From Sphagnum compactum (lineage: Eukaryota), in contig OZ234493.1 of the NCBI GenBank assembly GCA_965153455.1, positions 6,376,213-6,440,212 on the forward strand: a stretch of DNA of 64,000 nucleotides. Direction: 5' to 3'. The translations under genes were made by a program, and so were the position numbers. Shown piece after piece: positions 12,896-27,046 of the stretch. Within the stretch, counting starts at the first letter, position 1. Each line of letters opens with the position of its first letter. The notes beneath the pieces are model-generated. The model had not been told where the DNA came from. It saw only the letters and a program-made list of their open reading frames with translations, and made no database searches.

Positions 12896-15800
12896 AGTTA
12901 ATTTCAAAATTAAATGTTAACAAAGGTGTGTATAAGGTTGGGTTTGTTGATTAGGAGTTCCTTGATTCTTACTTTGTTTCATGAAATTGAAAAGGTGTTG
13001 TATTGTTTGTGGAATAAATAGTACAATGACAATTGTGATCAAGCCTATTTTGGTGCAAAAATATTTCATGGAAAAGTTGAAGTTGCAATTTATAACATGG
13101 AATAATTATTTTAAATAAATAAATGATTATGTAATTTTTGATAGTTAATCATTTACATTATCTGGGATAATTATCTATTAAGTTTTTAATTATATTACAT
13201 TATTTGTTGATAGTTCATTACTTATCTAAAATAATTTTCTAATCATTCATTAATTATTTAAAAATTTAATCTTCTTAAATTTGGAAATCCATATGTTAAA
13301 TTCAGATAAATTCAATAAAAATCTAATTAAAAATCACAAATATTTTTATTTATCTAAAGATCCAGAAGAATCATAGTTAATCATAGTTCATAAGATGCAT
13401 CATTCATCCTATTGTTAAATAATTATCCTTTTTTCTTCAATCGGATGAGTGATGTGTTGAATGATGTGACTTTTAAAAAAAACATTTTTCACGATTGGAT
13501 GGGTGACCCCTCATGTGACATCATTAAGATTTCAAAGTTTGAAATTAAGATTTAGAGTTAGAAACTATTGCAAGTTTGCAATTGGGTTTTAATGTTAAAA
13601 TTTAGCATTTTTAGGTCTAATGTTAGGATTTAAGATTTTCATTTGATGAAATTTATATTTAAATTTCATATAATTCACCTAATTAAACAATGTCTTCCAT
13701 AGAATAAACAATGTCACAATTTTACATTATTAAAAACATTAATAAATTTTGTTATGTGTCTATGTGTGGCTAATAAACAAACATGTATGTTAATTGTTAT
13801 GAGAAAGATTTATATTACTGGATAGGTAAAAAACAAAATTGTGAATCATACACATTTAAAAATATGTATTTGATCAATGCATCAACCATGTTTTGATAAT
13901 AACTATTTGCCAGTTCTTAAACAACATATTTTGAATCATTTATAATGGAAAGAATGTCATAATTGCAGCCATTTTGGTTTAGTTAATGTATATTGTACTA
14001 AATTTTGTTCACCTAATTTATTTATGGAATGGACATAGCAATGCATCTTTTCATGTAATTATTATAAGTATGTACTATTGGATTATGGTTTAGGGTTAGG
14101 GTTTGCGATACATAAATTAATTAACAAAATTTTCACAAATCTATAGTAATTAACCTAAACGAGATTAAATTTGGAGGGAAATATCTATGGTTTAGACATA
14201 TGTGAAATAATACAATTTCATTCTACATCTTCTTCAAAGAGAATGGAAAAATTAAGTTGGAGAGATCACACAAAAATAAGAAACATACATTTTTTTTTGG
14301 TGTTTTACGAAATTTATTTGATTGTTTTAGAAGATTAAGGTTTTTTTTTTGGTTAGTAAATATTTGTAGTTTAAGAATTTTAAAATTTGGTTTCTAAAAT
14401 TTTCCTTATATTAAATTTTTTTTTTGTTTTGCATTATATATTTGTATAGTTTGTATAGTTTTTTGGGTTTAGGGCACATATCACTAGGATTTTTTTGATA
14501 GGTTTGTATAGTTAGGATTTTAATAGGGTTTATGGCAAATATCATTTGGATTTTCGGGGTTAGGCCTTATGCTTTAGGGTTTAGGAATTTGGTTAATATA
14601 TTTTAGGGTTTAAAGTTTGCTCATTGTATTGATTTTTTATTTGATAAATTCTTTAGATCTATGGCATAATTATGAATATACTTTATATCCATATGTTTCA
14701 TAGTTGTTAAAATTCAATATTTCCTAACCCACTTTTGTTTAAATGCAATACCCGTATCATATTGTGATAATTCATTAATCATGAAACACAAAAATATTTT
14801 TTAAATATTTGATTCCTTGCCAATACATCATGAAATTCATGTTTTCAAAATTATTTGTTCACCTTATAGTATGATTTAACATATATAAAAATGAACGTAA
14901 TGCAAAATTGGTCACATTGATGGTATAGTGGGTTAGGGTTTATTGTAAAATTTACTATTTAATGTTAGAATTCAGAATTTGTCGATATAAAAAAATTAAA
15001 AGTTCATGCTTAACATTTCTTCAATGATGTACATATTTATGTTTTTCCTTTTTAAAGTTGTAAACTCATTTCCAAAAAAAAACCACAAAGTTTCTAATTT
15101 AATAACATTTTAATGCTTGTTTAAAAATAATAAGCACACAATTTTCCATTTTTTGGATGTTTTACGTAATAATAAAAAATGATCTCTCCCATTAATCCTA
15201 TGTATGATTGAAAATCTATTTAATTTTTTTTGGATATATAGTAAATAATTTCTAGGCTAAAATAATTATATAGTAGGTCGGTAATATTTTATATTTATAA
15301 ATATATAACACAAGTCCTTATGTAAACTTTAATTTTGATGATGTCTAATATTGGCTTAAATATGGGTCTAAATATATTGTTAATTATAACATATCGAGTA
15401 ACACATTGTATATAACTGATAATAGGATGGAATTATATTGTTGATTCATTTTAATACATATAATATTTCCATATTTATTTAAAATAAGATAAAAATTTAA
15501 AATATATATTAAATTAAAAAAATATAAACCCATGGTTACATATAATGCAAAATTTGTTATGAACATTATTTTTAATGAAAATTAAAGAATTCCAAAAACC
15601 CACTAATCAACTTGTCATGAAACTTCTTTTCAAATTATTTGCAAATGGATACCCATCTTTTCTTACTTGAAGGTGATGAGTCATGTCGACATGTTGTTAT
15701 GGGCCATGGGTCATCCACTACCCACAAATATGTACATGATATCGACCTTGTAGGATGCTGCATTCAAAGATGTGGTACATTAGTTAACCACGCAGATATA

Positions 15801-16499
15801 ACATCTTGGTGGTTGACAATTTTCCTAGATACTTTTTCCTTAGTTTGTTCCTAGAATAGTCACAGTAATACTAGTAGTTCAAATGCATCGTAGCAATAAT
15901 AATGATTACAGAAATTAGTAATGCGATGGTTGAAATTCAAACAATAAAAAATATTCTTCTTCTTGCTACACCTTTTTTGAAGAATGTAGCAACATCATCA
16001 ACAAATGAAGAAGAAGAAAAAAATACAAGAAGAAGCTTGACAAAATAAAATCGACTAACTTCCATAGTGTTCCAAAGTTGATAATTAACTACAAGGAATT
16101 AGTGCTTGAGTTGCTGTATGTTCACAAAGGAAGGTTTATTCACTAGTGTACGCCTTTTAGGGTGGTATCTTAGATGGTCTAGGTAGGTATTCAAGGTGGT
16201 TTAATTTACTAGGTAAATCTACAGCGAGCTATGTAAGTAGTTTATGTCAGTTTAATGTCTATTTGATTTTTTTTAAATATTCATTTTTTTCATATAATTA
16301 TTACAAGTATAAAATAATTAAAATAAATCTATGCATTTTGGGCAGAATCTTAAGGTTTAAACATATTTAAAACAATGTAGTGTCATTTCATATTTTTGAA
16401 AGGAAAGTGAAAAAATTCGCTTGGAGATATTACCAAATTGTAAGAGACATACCTTCTTTTGTGTTTTGTTACAAAGTTTATTGAAATATTTAGAAATTA

Positions 16500-17020
16500 A
16501 AGCCAAATTTCTAGTTGGTGAAAATAAATACGTGTGCGAGTATTACAAAATTAAATGAATACCTAGCCCTAAATGCAATACCCATATTCAAGTTCGTTTT
16601 GAAATAACCCATAGGTGATTTATGTAACCTTAGGTGAAGACCCAACCCTAAATGCAATACCCGCATGTAGGGTCATTTCAAAATAACCAATATGTAGTTT
16701 CGGTGCCTTTGAATGAAAATCAAAGCCTCGATGTAATATTTGCATGCAATTTCATTCTGAAATAATCCATAGGTGATTTAGGTAACTTTAGGTGAAGACC
16801 TAACCCTAAACACAATACCCACATGTAAGGTCATTTTGAAATAATCAATATGTAATTTGGGTGCCTTTGAATGAAGGACCAAGGCCTATATGCAATACCC
16901 GCATGTAAGTTCATTTTGAAATAATCCATAGTTGATTTAGGCAACCTTAGGTGAATAATCAACCCTAAATGTAATACCCACATGTAAGGTCACTTCAAAA
17001 TAACTAATAGGTGGTTTGGT
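16500..17020. repeat. ~79-bp tandem array (6 copies), same family as 12600-12895
   Basis: AAATGCAATACCC variants at about 16571, 16650, 16730, 16808, 16888, 16967, preceded by one copy of the ~52-bp unit. Confidence 0.85.
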
Positions 17021-17889
17021 TAACTATGGTTTTATCTACTTGCATTAATTTTATGACAATTAATTATCATGAATAATTATCAAAACTAATGATTTGAATA
17101 ACTTATCAACATAGAAAATTCTAATTAAAATAATATATCAATATCAAATTACCAATTTGATTTTTATATCTAATTTTAACTATCCGAATAATTACGGTTC
17201 CACCAATTAATTAATTAATTGATATTAAGAAATAATTGATTTTCTAAATATGATAATCAATCATTTACATTATTTGAAATATATATTTAATAATTCTTTA
17301 ATTATATGACATTATTGGTTGATACTTCTAGATTATTATGTCATATGAGTAAGTATTTATAGAGAATTATGGTAGATAATGTAAATGATTAATTATCATA
17401 ATTTATCCTTAATAATTATCTGATCATTCTTTAATCATTTAAAATAGTTTTTGGTAATTTTTAATTATGTGAAATATTATCTAAAGATTCAACAATTATC
17501 AAAAATAATTATTTAGTCATTCATTAATTATGAAAAAAATTTAATCATTCATTAAATATCCAATTTTTTAATCATGGATTAATTATTTAATCAATTATCT
17601 AATCATTCATTAATAGTGTAGTACAATTCTTTAATCATTCATTAATTATCTAAAACAATTATGTAATGATTCATTAATTATTTAATCACTCATTAATTAT
17701 CTAAAACAATTATATAAGGGTATTAAACATTAAAGATTTTCCTGCCCACAAAACATTATGGGTATTATAGTGTTGAAGGAAACTAACACTATTTTTTAAA
17801 CCCATATGCGAGTATTGCAAAGGACATAAAAAATCCCAACTACTATTAAGAAACCTATATGCATGTATTGCAATTTGAACCTAAGCATA

Positions 17890-18145
17890 ATGAAAATAAG
17901 TGTGTTATGATGCGAGTATTGCAATGGATGTAAAAAAAATTTAACATTTATTTAGGATACCTATATGCGGGTATTGTGATGGATGTAAACAAAATTCAAC
18001 AATTATTTAGGAGACCTATATGTGGGTATTGTAATGAATGTAAAAAAAATTTAACAACTATTTAAGAGACCTTTATGTGGATATTGCAATGGATGTAAAA
18101 AAAATTAGCAATTATTTAAGAAACATTTATGTGGGTATTGTAGGT
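17890..18145. repeat. ~55-bp tandem array (about 5 copies)
   Basis: GGTATTGyrATGGATGTAAAAAAAATTyAACAATTATTTArGAGACCTATAT repeated. Confidence 0.85.
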
Positions 18146-18577
18146 TTAAAATGGCTTTATGGAAGTTAGAATAAGAAGGATGTAGGTATTGCATGTTTGG
18201 CTTCATGACAATGCCAATAAATTGTTAGATGTAAGTATTGGACAATGTACATTATTGATATTTGTAAATTACCCTAGACAAGTTAATTCTAAAGTGTGCA
18301 TATGGGATTATTTAAGTTTTGATTCTTACATCTAAAACACTAAGAAGATGACAAAAAAAAAGACATATATGATGAACCATATACCCATTAAACAAGTGAG
18401 ACTAAAAAAAAATTTATATTAATAAAAGATGTACAAAAATGGGTGGATAAAAAAATGCTAAAGATCCCAATGGAAAAATGAGTTCTCTATAGTATATCAA
18501 AGGACCAAAGTGCAAAAAGTGGGTAGTCCAAAAATAAAGGGGTTATAAAAACCTAACATGTTATATAAAGTGGAAAC

Positions 18578-20033
18578 TTTAAACCATATCATTATCTACA
18601 ATGCCATGTTTAGCCCAGTAATCAGCTACTGCCTTTGTAGCCTTTGTTGCATGATGAGCAATGTCTAGATAATGACATTACATTTCGACGTGAATTGCAA
18701 TTGCGACAAAATTTTCATTTGTTGTGCCCTGAACCCTATAAACACCCAAAACCCAATAAATTAAACCCTAACACACCTTGGATGAAACAAATTTATAAAA
18801 AAACAATAAACATTGATTATTATTTTTTCTTACCTTCCATGAATCATTTTAGATTCATGGAAATCCAATACAGTTGTCAACTTTTGTGTTCGATTCATGG
18901 ACTTTTGATCCTAGTTTTTAACATCCCATGCCATTTTCAATCCTCGTGTATATGTAGAATAGGTCGATCAAATCATCTCTCGTAACTTTTCGTTTTTTTC
19001 CATTCGTGATGTTGCATCTTGAAGCACGCTTCCCACGCCCTAGGCATTAAGACCCAACATTTATAACAGTTACCTTGAAACTAACTTGACCAAAGTTGGT
19101 TTTGGTAATGGTGGACATTATTGTGCAATAATTGCCAATTCATTCAACTCGCATTGGGTTTTGGCATGAACGTTACTAACAATTTTTTGATCATTTCACC
19201 ACTGCACATCCATGGCATCTCCCAAGATGTGAGTGTTCATTTTAGCATGCTCTTGATGCCAAGGACCTCCTTTAGAAGTTGAAGGTCTCCTGAGTTTAAC
19301 TTTTTCTATCATTAAACTATGCACCTCTTTCAAATGTTTGGTTAACAACCACTTGGTAGCATATGCAATAGTGCAATTGTCCATTTTACATTGCCATTTT
19401 GATTTGCCCTTACTCCATTCCTTGTCATTACGAGCAATATCAAGTGGACAAGGGAGTGTTACTAGTTGAGTGGGGTCAATTTCAATATCTGGACCTGAAC
19501 CACAAACCCTAAAAAACAATTTTATTTTTTAATTAAAAAAAACCTAACCTTAAACCTTTAAAACAAGATCACACAACAAAATGCAAGTATTGCAAATAAA
19601 ACTAACTTTTTTTTCAGGTATTGCAATGAAAAAAATGTCCAAAAAAATCCCACACCTTCCATTAAATGATGGAAGGTGTGAGTATAATTAAACTTAAAAG
19701 TTTTGTACAAATTTTCTTATGCACATTTAATAAATTCTAATTTATGTAAAATTTAAAATAATTTAACCTACCACTTTTTGGTCAAAATTCCCAATTTGTT
19801 TTGGGAAGGATCTCATCACTTGGATTGGACATAATCACCATGTCCAATTTTAAATTACATTGGCTACTTGTTTCATCAACTCTAGGTTCCTCAATTTTAG
19901 CAGCATTTTGTTTTTCGATTGTTAATTTTGATGCAACAACATTTTGCTCCTCAATTGCCAATTTTGATGTAATAACATTTTGCTCCTCAATTGCCAATTT
20001 TGATGTAATAACATTTTGCTCTTCAATTGCCAA
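18578..20033 (-). pseudogene. Three-exon pseudogene with a C2H2 zinc finger, probably transposon-borne
   Basis: WQCKMDNCTIAYATKWLLTKHLKEVH fits C-x4-C-x12-H-x4-H. Minus-strand exons at about 20033-19768, 19508-18834 and 18735-18578 are bounded by GT/AG; several in-frame stops; N-terminal 36-bp repeat encoding AIEEQNVITSKL. Confidence 0.6.
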
Positions 20034-20199
20034 TTACATAACAAACCTTCTTCAATTTCCTTTTTCTACCCATTGAAATCTTACATATTAAAACAAAACC
20101 CTTAGTAAACAACCATATTAATTTGTTTACCTTTTCCTTTTCCAAAAGACCAAAACCATAAACACAAGATACTCTCCCTTTGAAAAGAGCACTAGTAGG

Positions 20200-20830
20200 A
20201 GTTGATGACAATATGCACAAAAAAAAGTGACAATAGGAAGAAAAAAACGACACCATTGTTGTCACTTTCTTCGCAGCAAAGGAAAGAAAAGAAGACGACA
20301 TTGTTGTCGTCATCCTTTTCGCAGCAAAGCAAGGATAAAAACCTCAATGGCATTGTTGCCATCATCCTCTTTGTCGCAAACCAACAAAAAATCGACATTA
20401 TTGTTGTTGTCTTTTACTTCTCAAACAATGAGAAGAAGATGATGATAACAACTTTCTTTGCAGTAAACCAACCAAAAACAAATGACGACATTATTGTCAT
20501 CGTCATTTTCGCAGCAAAACAAGGAAAAAAAATGATGACAACAATGTTGTCGTCTTCTTCTTCTCAAACAATGAGAAGAAGAAGATGACAGTAATTGTCG
20601 TCGTCCTCTTTGCAAAAAAAAGAAGAAAAAAAAGACAACGACATTGTTATATCGTCGTCTTCTCAAATAGTGACAAAGCAATTTTTAAAAAAAGAAGACA
20701 ATAACAATAATGTCGTCGTCTTCTTCATAGCAAAGGAAAAAAAAAACTGATGGAGCAATGTTGTCATTGTTTTCGCAACAAATCAAAGAAAAAAAATGAC
20801 GATGACATTGTTGTTGTCATCCACTTCGTA
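20200..20830. repeat. Low-complexity GAC/AAC/TTG-rich degenerate repeat region
   Basis: Repeated AAGAAGAyGACrACATTGTTGTCGTC-like units; produces spurious ORFs on both strands. Confidence 0.7.
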
Positions 20831-22265
20831 GCAAAAAAAAGATTGAAAAAATAAAAAAAGGAAGAGAAGGGTGGGAGCTTGCCTTCAAGCTCAAACATCT
20901 ACCACTAGGTTGAGGCTCCAAGCTCCCTTGCATCGCCACTTTCCTAAGTTCCCTTGCATCTCCACATTCCTAAGCTTGCCTTGAAGCTTTGGCGGTGGAG
21001 GTGAGAAAAAGGAAGCTAAACCTAGGGGAAAGAAAATGAAGTTTGGTTTAGGAGTGGAGGAGGCAGATAGGTAAGAGGGGAAAACTTTGGGGCAAAGAAC
21101 AAGGCTGAAAAAATCTTGGGCAAGGGAAGAGGAAAATAAAATGGCCCTATTTGGATGTGTTTGGGTTCATCCCCAAAATAGCTTGAACGGCCTCATCTTG
21201 AACTGGTGGCTGCTAGTACACTAAAACCTCCACTCATGATGTAGAGGATCTTATAGTCCTTATTTATTATAGGGAGGACTCAAACTTTCAAGGTCAATTA
21301 TGTTGTTCGAATTATCAATCATTTAAAGTTCGATTATGTCAATATTGAGGGTGAAACTTTGAACACCCCAAATTGGTTTTGTTGACTATCTCATGTGATT
21401 ATTTTGCCAATTATTAACCCCATGGTGAATCCATGGAAAATATCGCCCCTTCACATGCGCACATTTTGTTATCCACTACTACTCTTATAAGAAACACATA
21501 AGAACACCCTTTCTTTTCCATCAACTATCAAAATAGCCATTTCTTTCATAACAATGCCCACCTCTATTTTAGAACATCCATCGTCACACAAAAGCCCCAT
21601 CTAACAAACACCCAACTCATTTTTCAAAGCGCCCACTTTTCTTTGACAACATTTGACATTTAGAACTTGTGTTTTGAACATTTAAGATATGAAAGGTAAA
21701 GGCTCAATACCTAACCTTGTGTCCATTAATTAGTAAAATCTATTATACTCAAGGATGAAAAATTGTTCATAAAAATGACCTTCAAATCATTGATTATTTA
21801 ATAATTATCCAAGTGGACATTTGAGATAATCAACTCATGAAATAATTGATTTTTCGAAGTAGATAATTAGAAGATAATCAGTTCTTGAACCCCTTTAATT
21901 CACTATATATGATACTAAAATATTAACACCTTGAACCTTACAGATAGGCTAAAGGAAACCCATAATTGCAATTCCCCTATTATCTCACACCAATTTTCCA
22001 ATTCTTACACACTATTGTTCCTTATCTTTGCACACAGAAGCCCTATTGTCTCAAGCAGGTGTTTCCTTTCCTTGCACAACCACCGCAGTTGAGTTCTTGT
22101 AAATGAAGTACTAATCTTGAATACTGTAGCCTATGGTCAGTTTCCACATTGACAAAATTCAAATTCAAATTCAAAATTTCAAAAATCAAAATTTCAAAGT
22201 TAATTAATTATTCGACAGACATGTGTTGAAATGGCCAAGGTATTAGGGTATCTACTACTATCAAT

Positions 22266-22304
22266 GATGTTTGGTACATAAACTTTGGTGCTTCCATGCA
22301 CTTG
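22266..22304 (+). mobile_element. Tiny Ty1/copia protease-motif relic
   Basis: Translates DVWYINFGASMHL, resembling copia W-x-x-DSGASxHM. Confidence 0.35.
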
Positions 22305-25300
22305 TTATGAATCTAGAAGAGAGAGTGGCTCCAATACTTCCAAAGAATCTAACCTATCAAAAATGTATGTCAAAGCTACTTTAAAAGGGCACATATAATT
22401 GAATATAATAATGGGCTTGATTGTACATAGCTTGCACTTTTATGAAAGGTGTTCCATGTTCCTGGGTGGCTAGAATTGTGTTATTGGTGGGCAAAAGAAT
22501 GTGCTCAGGATGCATGATAGAGTTTTTAAGAGATCATTTGCATAGGAAAAATGGCGATGACAAAGTGGTGATGCATGGAGTGCATGAAGAAACATTCATT
22601 ATGGGTTAGCTCCTGTAATGCAAAGGGGCGGGGATAAGGCCCTGGATCAGTGGTTAGTTATTATTACCTTCTTGTTGGATTAAGGTTAAGGTTACATTAT
22701 GGTGAGGGAGTGAGATTGTGGGAATGTTGAGGCCCTCAAAACACATCCAAAGGTCGTCCCACGAAAATTCAAAAATCATTTATCTGAGTTGTCAAGTGAA
22801 ATGTAAAGTGAAAATAGGTTTTATTGAGGTATCAATATATTATAACAAAGCCCCGCAAAAAAAACTAATTATTTAATGTAAAATTTGATTTTTAACTTGA
22901 TATTCTATGCAACTTTTTTCAATTGTTGGTTTAGGGTTTGTCCTTTCTTATTGTTCATCAATTTCCTTCCATTTTTTTTCCCTCCACTCTCTTCTTTTGC
23001 TTCATTTCAACAAATAGGATTGTCATGGATCATAGAAGAGAAAAAAACATGTTAAAAACCTTGACCAATCATGATTTTTTTAGACCATATGCTAACAATT
23101 TTTTTGCCTACCTTCAAGAAAATGTAATAATTTTTTTGAAAAAATTAATGTAAAACTTGCAACCAAACATAACTTTTTTGGCCCATGGGCTAATGAATTT
23201 CATGCCCACCTTCACAAAAAACATAATTAAAAAAATTGAGAAAAAAAATCATAACAAAAAAACTGTGAACCAATCATGGTTTTTTTGGGCTCATGGTTAA
23301 CAAATGTCCAACCCACCTCTAAAAAATTTTTATTAAAAAAAAATGTGGATGATCAAAATTTGACCAATCATGGTTTTTTGAGTTCATGGTCTAATGTACT
23401 TGCCACTAGACAACAAGTCCATTAGACCATGAAACATTATCCATAATCACCTATTGCTAATATTTCATTTGTTTACATTTCCCTCACCTTTGGTCCTTCA
23501 ACCTTGTGGACAGTAAACTTAAACCATGACTTTTCTTCCAATCATAGATTTCAGATTTTCATAGTCCTAGGCTTTTAGGCTCTAGGGTAGATAGGCTAGT
23601 GAATGAACATTTAAGCTTTCAAACAGCTTCGAATCCTAAGACATTGCTACCTTGTTTCTAAGTTCAAATGGTTTTTTTAGAGCTAAACTTGGTGCATCTA
23701 TAATGATTCAATTGAAAACAAACATAAAATGAGGAAGATATGATTGTAAAAAATAAGTAGAGTTAATGTTTGGTTGCTGACGTAAAATATGATTTAAGAT
23801 TCAGTACATTTATCTTTTCTATGGCTCTTTTGTGTTGTTTTTTTTGGGTCTCCAGAGGTCAAAGAAGGAATGTAAAGCTTCGTTTGGCACACCCATAGCT
23901 CTTTAGATCGCTCAATATGGTCAAGAAACAAAAATGGTATGAGATCTTCAAATAAAGGTCATTTTCTTAAAAAACACACTATGTTGCTTTGTGTTTTGTC
24001 TATGTTGTTCCTTTGCCTTTGGAGCTCAAAGAAATAATGTAAAGTTTAGCTTGGCACTCACATAAGTCTTTACATCAATCCAAAAGACACAAAAAAATTT
24101 CCCATGGATGAATTTAATAAAATTTAACCTATGAGGCCCAAGCTGCTACCCTTTACCTTCCTGAAATGGGTATCCAGGTTTTGCACATCCAACTGCACCC
24201 CAGTATCCAGCTATGCCCATTGAAAAAAAAATCCATTGAATTGGATGAACATGATTAGATTCTATAGCTTCATGTAGTGTAGAGCCCATGTGAAATCATC
24301 CCTCAACCCAAATGGAGTTGATGGTACCTGTAATGCATGAAAAACTATGTAATTCTTTTCACCTAAATTTTTTACATGTAACAAGCATTGCTGTTTTGAC
24401 ACAAGCATCTACATTTCACAACATGTGATTATTTGAATTTTTGTGATTTCGAGACATGGAAAAATATATAAAGACATGTTTGCAAAACGTTAGGCATTTA
24501 ATCCAAATACATAATAATTGGCACATAATTATTCAAAATTTATTATGTTTCTTTGTAATGTCATTGCATTAATAATTATAATAAATAAATTAAATAACTT
24601 AGAACTAGTTCAACAATTGATTGGTAAACATAATTTATTCCAGTGTTTTAAGATGAGCTAGAAATTTACAACATTGTAACAATATTAAATTGTCAAAGAT
24701 CCTTCCTTCACTTCAAAACACTAGGTTGAGGTTACGACGACACATATGCATAACACATTGTATGAAAAGAATTCAATATATAATTCAAAGCAACAATTGA
24801 GCTATTTACACACAAACCCACCAATTTTACACTTAGAACTTCACACTTACAAACCCATTTCCAATGTTTGTTGATGAGACTATGCAAGCACCATTGTTGT
24901 TTCTCCCTTCGATGTGTCTTCGTCTCTGTCAACTTAGTGTCTTGGAAAAAAGATCTCCCAAGATTCTCATCACAAGTATATATAATAATGAAAGATTCAT
25001 AGTAATCAAAATCCTCAAGAATGGTGATGGTACCTACCATGGCATCATTTTAACTAAATTAGTATGGTGCCTAATTGGTCTTGGAGAGATCATATTATAT
25101 TGGTAGGTAACATTCTTGTCATTTATGGATGATAAAAATTAATTTGGGTTTTTAGAGATGTTGTAATTGCTTTGTTATGTTTATGGACATGTCGAAATTT
25201 TAAATTATGAGTTTTGGCATGTGTTCAACATTTTTATTTTCATTGATAATTTTGGTCTTCAACACCCAAGATATAGGAAAACTTTATGTAAAAGCAAGCA

Positions 25301-26013
25301 ACCCACTTTCCATTTCTTTCTTTGAGCATTAACAATTTGGGGTTGGGTTTTGCTCTTTTGGCTTGGACTTGAGTTCTCTCTCTTTGTTCCTTCTTTTCCC
25401 CTTGCAGGCTGCTTTGTTGGCCTTGCCTACCAAGGCAACGATATTGTGTTTAGATTCATTATAGAGTATAGTAGCTTAAGGGATTTTGGCCGCTAGGTAA
25501 TAATAATAGGTCTATTTTTATATGAGGATTTTTGAAAGAAGATACTTTGGCTGGTGTTGAAACTTGAGATTAGTTATAGAGTTATAATATCTTGAATGAT
25601 TTTAGTTTCTTTTGGAGGATTTTTTGAAGATTATATTTTTGCATGGTGAGATATATGAGTTTTCATATTTCTTCTTTTGCCGTAAGATACCTTTTAATGT
25701 AAATAGCAAGGCCACAGTGTGACACATCCCTTGTTTAATGGAGTTTGCCAGGGTTTCATCATTTAGGTCTGTTTTTGAAGTCAAATTTGGGCCATTCGGA
25801 GTTACAAAAATGAATGAATACTGCCTACAAGGAAGGGACTCGGCTGCAAACTTGATAAAAACCAAGACATGAAAAAGCAACAACACGATGGAAGCCTAAG
25901 TATCAAGCTGCCTAAAAATGATGAGCTGAACGAACCCCATCACCAGGGTTTTAAAGAGCTAGCTATATTGGGTATTGTGCAGTGTGCTTGGCTCTGACAT
26001 CTATCTGCCTGAC

Positions 26014-26341
26014 ACAGTGTTTTTTTAGAAATTCTTGTTTGTAGCCAACCAAAAATGACCATCATCATCCTTAGTTAGGAAGATGTAAAAAAAGTGAGGA
26101 TCATCCTTAGGAATATTTAGCCAAATATGGCTACAAACTAGATATGATTTAGTTCTAAAAAATTATCCTCCTATAATTTTTCGCTACACACTTGACACCA
26201 AATACACAAATCTGAAATCTGATGATTTTTACTAATTTTGTTCCCCCTCACTTCACTTCTGGCGATTCAAAACTTCCTCATTTGGGAGTTTTTAATTTCG
26301 TTTTATTGGACGAAATTTCCCCCAAGGAAAAAAAAGGGCTG
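26014..26341. mobile_element. MITE-like element with CAG...CTG ends (hAT-like)
   Basis: Starts CAGTGTTTTTTT and ends AAAAAAAGGGCTG; the 3' part matches 771-903; no clean TSD. Confidence 0.5.
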
Positions 26342-27046
26342 CTCAGCAGCAGTGTAGCTGCTTTGTGTTTTTGCCCCCTTCTACTGACACTGAAAAACCC
26401 TAAACTTCAAGACGCGCATGACTGTGAACAAAGGGACTGATGATTCCTTCCTGCCTGCTAAGGAGCACCATGGTCACGCATGACAATCCTGTAAAGCGGG
26501 AAGAATCAATCAGATCACGGCCCAAAGTATAAATTGTCTCTGGAACTAAAAACCGTCTAAGAAATCCCCCAATAAATAAGAAAATGTACAACGTGATAAA
26601 TCATCGAAATCTTCATGTACTTGTGTGAGCTGCAAGAGTCGGTAATAGAATTGTAAAATTGTATACATTTGTCCAACCTTCACTGAGTCTTCATAGCTGG
26701 TAAGCTGTTCCTGGTTTCTGTATCGAAGCTGTTACCATTTGTACATAAAACTAGGATGCACCAACCTGACCAACAAGCTGTTGCCACCTCCTCCTCAGTG
26801 GCAGAGGGCCCAGTAGGGCTTTTCACTTGTGCACACCAGTGGGTTTGAGAACTCAGAACCCCCCACCTTTTTTTTTTTTGGAGGTATCAGGGTCCCAGAC
26901 ATGATGGGCTATACCAGAAAGACCCACTCGGGGATTATCCCACTGAGTCATGCCATCACCCCTGGGGGTTCCTACATGATCCTAAGGTTGATCTAGTGTA
27001 AATCATGATAGTTGCAAGCACAGTGAAGAACTGCATTAATTAATAA

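Noticed and set aside
20023-20681. Overlapping Lys/Arg- or Phe-rich ORFs
   Set aside because: They are by-products of low-complexity repeats.
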